A stretch of 64,000 bases of DNA, from the NCBI GenBank assembly GCA_039030515.1, contig JBCCEA010000012.1, positions 1-64,000 on the forward strand. Reading direction: 5' to 3'. Below are positions 57,956 to 64,000 of this stretch, piece after piece; the stretch's first letter is position 1, and each line of letters begins with the position of its first letter. Origin of the DNA: Myxococcota bacterium (GTDB lineage Bacteria; Myxococcota_A; Polyangia; Polyangiales; Houyiibacteriaceae). Under the pieces are notes generated by a model. It was not told where the DNA came from. It searched no databases and saw only the letters and a list, made by a program, of their open reading frames with translations. Made by a program: the position numbers and the translations under genes.

Positions 57956-59719
57956 CTACTGGCTGGCCTCTCTCAGAAGATTCTTGACCATCTCGTCGTC
58001 AGGGTCCAGCTTCACGGCTTTTTCCAGCTCTCTTCGAGCATTTAGTTTCATGTCCGCCGCTAAGAATAGCTGTCCTAGTATACGGCGCGCGCGAAACGAG
58101 TCCGGCTTAAGTTCTACGGCGTGCTGGGCAAACTTGACGGCCTTTTTGATATCCCCCTTCGCCATCAGAAGCGCATGAGCGGCGCGCACGCTAGGCTCGA
58201 ATTCGTCGGGTTTGCCCTCTGCAACTCGGGCCCAAGAGAGAGCCGCAGCGCTCCACATCCTATGCTGCTCCTCGTATTTGGCTTGCTTTTCGTAAGTGGC
58301 TGAAAGGTCGTTGAGCAGCCCTCGATAAACGCGCTCGTATTCCATTCGAACGTCGTCACGACCTTCATCGACCGCTAGGGCAAGTCGCAGGGCGTTGGAG
58401 GCGCTCAGCAAATCGTTTTCCGATTCTGCATGCTTGGCCTGCCTGAGATAGCGATCGACCCGACTGTGCCCACCGGTCACAGAAGCCGAGTTCTTTAGGC
58501 TCTTGGCTAAGTGCCGCAGGATCGTCTCGGGCTCCGCAGGCTTTGGGGGAGGTATCTTGGATGAGGATCTCGCGGCATCCGAGGGCGGCGCACTGGAACC
58601 CAACCCTCTGCCAACATTGCGAGCCAAACGTTTTGCGTGCATGAGGCGCATGCGCTCGCGGACCGCCGTTCGACGGGCATTTCGGCCAGAATCCCGCGAC
58701 TCAGAGTCTCGCTCTTGCTCCCGCGACTTCGAGGTATCGACCGGCACGGAAAACGTACCGGTGCTGTTCGGTCGCTCACTGCTTCCGGGCGCGGCAGAAA
58801 CTTCACTGTCCTTTTTAAGGGACCGAGCGTCGGCGTCCTTGGATGTTGGAGAACTCGAGGGTGCCCTTTGTGTTTTGTCCTCAGGTAGCTTCGCTGCTTC
58901 GACAACTTCCCGTCGCAACTTTTCGGCCCGTTGCTCTCCTTGCCTCATGACACTGGACACCGCTTCGGTCTGTTCCTTCAGACCTAGGTAGGCATCGTAT
59001 TCTGCACGCTTCTTTTTTTTGCCGAGCACCTCGTAGGCTTCGGTAAGCTGCTTGAATACCGCTTCCATCTTCGGTTTGTATGAACCGAGCTCCTTGCCGA
59101 AAAGCGTATCCGGATGAAATACCTTAGAGAGCGCAAAGTAGGCAGAGCGGATGGTCTTTTTGTCTGCATCCTTGGACACATCCAGTAGCTGATAATGGCT
59201 TAGTTCACCTAGTCGGTAGTACGTATCGAGCACCTGCCGACGCCGCTCCAAAGCGAGATCCACCTCTTCCTCGAGCTCAGAGGGATCGTATAAAGTCAGC
59301 GACGCCCCTAGGGGCAGAGGCTTCGTCTGCACCGGCCCCCAGGCAGCCTTACGTTTCGAATCCTCGTCAGGTTTTTTTGGAGAGCAAACGCCTCCCTCAT
59401 CTGAACGAGGAGGCACCACAGACGGACCGGCACGCATCGAGCGGGAGTTGGGGGGAACGACAGCACGAGCACGCGATCCTTGTTCGAGGACGGGAGGCCT
59501 GCTGAACCCTTTCCACTCGACCGCACCGTGATCGACCATCTGCTGCACCGTAGACAAGACTTTAGCTGGTGGAAGTGAAACAACCTCAGCGATATCGCGA
59601 ATCGAAAGCACGCCATCGATGCAAGAAAGGACAAACCCTTCTTGAGGGCCTAAAGGCATGCTCTTGATGTCCGCGCCCTCAGCCAACCGCGGAACTCTTC
59701 GATACGCACTTGTCACCAA
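57956..59719 (-). CDS. J-domain co-chaperone with N-terminal wHTH-like domain and C-terminal TPRs
   Basis: HYQLLDV....IRSAYFALSKVFHPD...EAYEVL....RAEYD; C-terminal TPRs. Confidence 0.9.
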   Translation of the reverse strand: MVTSAYRRVPRLAEGADIKSMPLGPQEGFVLSCIDGVLSIRDIAEVVSLPPAKVLSTVQQMVDHGAVEWKGFSRPPVLEQGSRARAVVPPNSRSMRAGPSVVPPRSDEGGVCSPKKPDEDSKRKAAWGPVQTKPLPLGASLTLYDPSELEEEVDLALERRRQVLDTYYRLGELSHYQLLDVSKDADKKTIRSAYFALSKVFHPDTLFGKELGSYKPKMEAVFKQLTEAYEVLGKKKKRAEYDAYLGLKEQTEAVSSVMRQGEQRAEKLRREVVEAAKLPEDKTQRAPSSSPTSKDADARSLKKDSEVSAAPGSSERPNSTGTFSVPVDTSKSREQERDSESRDSGRNARRTAVRERMRLMHAKRLARNVGRGLGSSAPPSDAARSSSKIPPPKPAEPETILRHLAKSLKNSASVTGGHSRVDRYLRQAKHAESENDLLSASNALRLALAVDEGRDDVRMEYERVYRGLLNDLSATYEKQAKYEEQHRMWSAAALSWARVAEGKPDEFEPSVRAAHALLMAKGDIKKAVKFAQHAVELKPDSFRARRILGQLFLAADMKLNARRELEKAVKLDPDDEMVKNLLREASQ

Positions 59720-59875
59720 TTCAGCGGGTATTTCAAGGACAGTAACACGGTTCCAAGCGTTCCTTGTTATAGATAAAGACCTCGCCCGAACGGATCGTCT
59801 GGCTCGATTAACTTGCGGAGGGTCCGACGGGTCCCAACCCTATTTGTAGGCTAGTGAGCCGCCGGCCTCTCATGC

Positions 59876-60811
59876 CTACGCTCGATCCGCATCAGGCGCA
59901 GCGACGCTCGGAACACACCATTCCATCAGCGCTTTTTGTGCATGCAGGCGGTTTTCAGCCTCGTCCCAGACCCGGGAACTTGGACCGTCGATCACAGAAG
60001 AGGACACCTCTTCACCTCGATGGGCTGGTAGGCAATGTAGGAAGATGGCGTTTTTTTCGGCACGAGACATCACCTCACCATCTACGCAAAACCCGAGAAA
60101 AGCCTCCTGCCTCGCGCTAGCCTCTTCTTCTTGTCCCATCGACGCCCACACATCGGTCGTGACGACGTGGGCACCTCGCGCTGCCTCAAGCGGATCGCGC
60201 ACGATTCGGACAGGCATATCGTTGCCAACTGAACGGAGTACTTGCAGGTTGGGTTCAAACCCCTCAGGGCAGCTCAGCACCAGTTCAAACTCCGCCAGCT
60301 TGGCCGCGTTGACCCAAGAGTGTGCCATGTTGTTGCCGTCACCGATCCACGCCACTCGGAGTCCCTTCAGCTGCCCAAAGTGTTCGCGAACCGTCTGTAA
60401 GTCGGCAACGAGCTGACAGGGGTGAAAGTCGTCGGTCAGACCATTGATGACGGGAATCTGAGCAGCATCAGACAGACGCCGCAGTCGATCGTGGGCGAAG
60501 GTCCGGTAGACTACGGCGTGAGCGTAGCCTCCGAGCATGCGGGCCGTGTCTTCCAGCGGTTCACCTCGTCCAAGCTGAGTGTCCTTCGCGAGCAACACCA
60601 GAGGATGTCCACCGAGTTCCCGAATGCCCACCTCGAAAGAGACGCGGGTACGTGTCGAAGTCTTTTCGAGAAGAATCACGACGGTCTTGCCGGAGAGCGG
60701 CTGAGGATGATCGGGAGTGCCCCGAGCCGACTTGAATCGATCGGCTCGATCGAGAACGTGAGCAAGCTCTGCCGAGCCCAGATCGAAAAGCGAGTAAAAA
60801 TGACGAATCAT
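59876..60811 (-). CDS. argF: Ornithine carbamoyltransferase
   Basis: STRTRVSFE, HPCQ, GDGNN, DVWASMG, HCLP and AENR motifs. Confidence 0.97.
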   Translation of the reverse strand: MIRHFYSLFDLGSAELAHVLDRADRFKSARGTPDHPQPLSGKTVVILLEKTSTRTRVSFEVGIRELGGHPLVLLAKDTQLGRGEPLEDTARMLGGYAHAVVYRTFAHDRLRRLSDAAQIPVINGLTDDFHPCQLVADLQTVREHFGQLKGLRVAWIGDGNNMAHSWVNAAKLAEFELVLSCPEGFEPNLQVLRSVGNDMPVRIVRDPLEAARGAHVVTTDVWASMGQEEEASARQEAFLGFCVDGEVMSRAEKNAIFLHCLPAHRGEEVSSSVIDGPSSRVWDEAENRLHAQKALMEWCVPSVAAPDADRA

Positions 60812-62031
60812 GAGGACGTCCCTTGAAGCAGTGGCGGATCGAGCAGAATGTCTTCGATCGCGGCGAGCCCTTCGTCGAGCTCTTCTCGGGTCACGTTCAG
60901 TGCAGGAACGAAACGTAGGACGTTGCCTCCCGCGAGCGTGAGCAGAACCCTTCGCTTTCGGAGTGCTGCGATCATGCCAGCGGGATCGATTCCATCGGCC
61001 AGCTCTAACCCCCGAAGGAGACCCCGTCCTCGCGCATCGACAAACACATCCGACTTATCGACGAGTCGATTTAAGTGCTGGCCAAGGTAGCGTCCCTGTA
61101 CTTCAGAGCGCTCGACCAAATCTTCTTCCTCAAAGATATCAAGTACGGCCAAACCAGCGGCACAGGCTAGGGGATTCCCTCCGAACGTACTCGCGTGACT
61201 GCCCGGAGGCAGACCCCCCTCAACCTTCAAGGTCACGGCCATCGCGGAGAGAGGAAATCCGCCGGCGATGCCCTTGGCCAGCGAACACGCATCTGGCATC
61301 ACTCCGCTATGCTCGCGACAGAGGAAACGCCCGGTGCGTCCGTATCCGGTTTGTACCTCATCGAACATCAACAGGGCACCTCGCTCGTCGCACAATTGGC
61401 GTAGTGCGACCAAATACGCGTTCTCGGGGACGCGCACGCCTCCCTCGGCCTGAATCGGCTCAACGATGACGGCAGCGGTACGTTCACCCACCACCTGCCG
61501 CATGGCTTCGATATCGTCGTACTCCACAAAGCGCACTCCAGGCAGCAGAGGCTCCATGCCAAGATGATACTTGGACTGCCCTGTGACGCTGAGGGCTCCC
61601 ATGCTTCGTCCATGAAAACTACGGTGGGTCGCCACAAACTCCACCCGCTCTTGATGGCCGCGCTCCCAATGCCAACGACGACTCAGCTTCATCAGCGCTT
61701 CGTTCGCTTCGGTACCGCTATTGCCGAAATACACTCGGCTAAAGCCGGTTTTGGCTACGATTCGACGACTCAGTTCGATTGCGCGGTCATTGTAAAATAA
61801 ATTTGAAGTGTGAACGAGCCGGGCACTCTGCTTCGCAATGTCCCGGGCAAGGCGAGGATGAGCATGTCCCACGGAGAGCACCGCGATGCCTCCCGTCAGG
61901 TCTAAAAAGCGGGTTCCTTCGACATCCCAAACGTGGCGTCCTTCTCCGCGCGTGAGAACCATAGGCGCCGGGCGGTAATTGCGCATCGAGGTGTGTTCTG
62001 CTTGCAGTCGGAGTTCCTCGTTGGAAGTCAT
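60808..62031 (-). CDS. argD: Acetylornithine aminotransferase
   Basis: NSGTEANE, SFHGRS, EPIQAEGG, DEVQTG.GRTG, AKGIAGG and HASTFGGNP motifs; coupled to argF. Confidence 0.93.
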   Translation of the reverse strand: MTSNEELRLQAEHTSMRNYRPAPMVLTRGEGRHVWDVEGTRFLDLTGGIAVLSVGHAHPRLARDIAKQSARLVHTSNLFYNDRAIELSRRIVAKTGFSRVYFGNSGTEANEALMKLSRRWHWERGHQERVEFVATHRSFHGRSMGALSVTGQSKYHLGMEPLLPGVRFVEYDDIEAMRQVVGERTAAVIVEPIQAEGGVRVPENAYLVALRQLCDERGALLMFDEVQTGYGRTGRFLCREHSGVMPDACSLAKGIAGGFPLSAMAVTLKVEGGLPPGSHASTFGGNPLACAAGLAVLDIFEEEDLVERSEVQGRYLGQHLNRLVDKSDVFVDARGRGLLRGLELADGIDPAGMIAALRKRRVLLTLAGGNVLRFVPALNVTREELDEGLAAIEDILLDPPLLQGTSS

Positions 62032-62172
62032 CCTAAAGTCTTAGCATGCCTAGACAACAGAGCGAGGCTAGCCAGGAGCGGACCTACCACTCGATCCTCG
62101 TAGGATAAAACCAAGCTATTGCGGAGGCGAAGGCCGGACGGCTGGAGACGAGTGTGCTAACTCGCTCGGGCG

Positions 62173-63045
62173 ATGGAGGCACTTGTACAAAAGGCACGCA
62201 TTTTACATGAGGCTGTGCCTTATATTCGTCAGTTTCAGGGCAAGATCGTCGTCATCAAGTACGGCGGCCACGCGATGATAGACGAAGACCTTCGCGATGG
62301 CTTTGCTCGGGATATCGTGCTGATGAAGTACGTAGGGCTCAATCCGGTCGTCGTACATGGCGGTGGACCACAAATCGACCGCAAACTCGAGTCGATCGGA
62401 GTCGCTTCGCAACGGCTCGACGGTTTGAGAATCACAGACGAGGCGACCATGGAGGTCGTCGAGATGGTGCTGGGCGGAAGTGTAAATCAAGAGATCGTGT
62501 CGCTCATCGGGCGGCATGGGGGTCGGTCCGTGGGACTGACCGGGCGCGACGACCGCTTTCTGCGTGCTGAGAAGATCAAATCCATGCGAACCCGAAGTGG
62601 TCAGGAACTTGATCCCGGTCGGGTGGGCAGAATCGTCGAAGTTCATCCCGATGTCGTTCAACGACTCGTCGAAGGCGGCTTCATTCCTGTAATCGCTCCG
62701 GTAGCGGTAGATGATGCCGGTCGCTCGCTCAACGTCAACGCAGACACTGTGGCTGGTCGAATCGCGGAGGCACTGCGGGCAAAAAAACTGGTCTTGATGA
62801 CCGACATCGAGGGAGTGAAAGATGCAGATGGAACAGTCGTTAGCTCTCTGAATGCGAGAGGAGCAAGAGAACTCGAGGAGAAAGGCGTGATCGCCGGGGG
62901 AATGATTCCAAAAGTTCGATGCGCTCTCAATGCAGTACAGCGTGGGGTTCAAAAGGCCCACATTATCGACGGTCGCAACCAGCATGCGATGCTTCTCGAG
63001 ATCTTCACTGACGAGGGTGTAGGCACCGAGCTCACCAATTCCTGA
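62173..63045 (+). CDS. argB: Acetylglutamate kinase
   Basis: VIKYGGHAM, VVHGGGPQI, GLRITD, NVNAD, GGMIPKV and EIFTDEGVGT motifs. Confidence 0.97.
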   Translation: MEALVQKARILHEAVPYIRQFQGKIVVIKYGGHAMIDEDLRDGFARDIVLMKYVGLNPVVVHGGGPQIDRKLESIGVASQRLDGLRITDEATMEVVEMVLGGSVNQEIVSLIGRHGGRSVGLTGRDDRFLRAEKIKSMRTRSGQELDPGRVGRIVEVHPDVVQRLVEGGFIPVIAPVAVDDAGRSLNVNADTVAGRIAEALRAKKLVLMTDIEGVKDADGTVVSSLNARGARELEEKGVIAGGMIPKVRCALNAVQRGVQKAHIIDGRNQHAMLLEIFTDEGVGTELTNS

Positions 63046-63106
63046 ACTCTTCGAATGGAGCGGGCCTAGGCAGTCTGCGTAGTCGCGGGAGCTACGGACA
63101 TGCGGA

Positions 63107-64000
63107 CTAGAGAATGAAACGCTGTAGTTCTGAATTGTCCACGATGGGCTTGAGCGTTCTATCGACGTATGCGGAGTCGACGACGACCGTATTGCCAGAA
63201 CGCTCCGGCGCGGCAAAACTCAGTTCTTCCAGTAAAGCTTCCATAATCGTATGAAGACGGCGGGCTCCGATATGCTCCGCTCGTTCGTTCGCCTCCGCTG
63301 CATAGCCTGCGATGGATTGAATCCCATCTGGAGTGAACTGGATGTCGAGTTCTTCTGTTGCAAGCAACGCGCTGTACTGACGCGTAAGCGAGTTTTTCGG
63401 TTCTGTCAGAATTCGGCACAGGTCATCACGACTAAGCGATTCAAGCTCGACTCGAATAGGAAAGCGACCCTGAAGTTCTGGGATTAAGTCAGACACATCG
63501 GTCACGTGAAACGCACCAGCCGCGATAAAGAGGATGTGATCCGTCTTGACCGAACCGTACTTGGTGCTGACGGTCGAGCCTTCCACGATGGGCAGTAAAT
63601 CTCGCTGAACGCCTTCTCGGGAGATATCCGGACCCGATCCTGCCTGCGAGCGCCGAGCCACCTTATCGATTTCATCCAGAAATACGATACCGCTCTGCTC
63701 GGATCTCTGTATGGCTTCCCGATGCACTGCATCCGAATCGACAAGTTTATGGGCTTCCTGTTCCTCCAGAATCGGCCGAGCCTCAGAAACTTTTAGTTTT
63801 CTCAGATTCCTTTGGCTCTGAGCTTGCCCGAGCATATCTCTGAGATTCAGGGTCATCTCTTCAGGACCGTGAGCACCGAACACGGTCATGAACGGATTTC
63901 CTTGGTCCTGGACGTCAATCTCGATTTCTTCATCTTCAAGCAGACCCTGACGAAGTTCGCGGCGAATGGGATCGGCGCTGCGAGCATCCGGAGCCGGCTT
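63107..64000 (-). CDS. hslU: ATP-dependent protease ATPase subunit HslU, C-terminal part (5' end beyond window)
   Basis: GIVFLDEIDK, SREGVQRDLLPIVEG, ELQGRFPIRVEL, IGARRLHT and C-terminal RFIL; frame stays open to base 64000. Confidence 0.97.
   Translation of the reverse strand, partial: KPAPDARSADPIRRELRQGLLEDEEIEIDVQDQGNPFMTVFGAHGPEEMTLNLRDMLGQAQSQRNLRKLKVSEARPILEEQEAHKLVDSDAVHREAIQRSEQSGIVFLDEIDKVARRSQAGSGPDISREGVQRDLLPIVEGSTVSTKYGSVKTDHILFIAAGAFHVTDVSDLIPELQGRFPIRVELESLSRDDLCRILTEPKNSLTRQYSALLATEELDIQFTPDGIQSIAGYAAEANERAEHIGARRLHTIMEALLEELSFAAPERSGNTVVVDSAYVDRTLKPIVDNSELQRFIL

Overview
A gene-dense bacterial window. Its gene content points to a Myxococcota-like organism (probably Polyangia): large TPR proteins, TPR-zincin, a TonB_C-fused TonB-dependent receptor, a J-domain/TPR protein beside a DnaK paralog and an extended PilT. 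This assignment is inference from protein families, not a database hit. The window opens in the 3' end of an IS3-family (IS2-group) element (1-161). Core genes include rnhA, purF, msrB, pdxH, a cold-shock protein, argB/D/F/G, a dnaK paralog and a partial hslU. The most notable parts are: (i) a compact ACP + soluble di-iron acyl-ACP desaturase + short mycolic-acid-type SAM methyltransferase lipid-tailoring trio (14785-16896); (ii) a complete F7/Che2-like chemosensory operon with a soluble double heme-PAS Aer2-type receptor, divergent from an arm encoding an McpA-like protein, a STAS protein, a PAS kinase lacking its H-box His and a REC-RsbW-type kinase, a candidate partner-switching output (20315-32198); (iii) an accessory block with an orphan TupA-like binding protein, an alpha/beta hydrolase, an insertion-bearing arginase and a TonB receptor/lipoprotein pair preceded by a palindrome (32269-41449); (iv) a J-protein/DnaK/partner triad inside the arg genes, whose two flanking proteins share a motif. 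No rRNA, tRNA or CRISPR array was recognised. All calls come from motif reading by eye.
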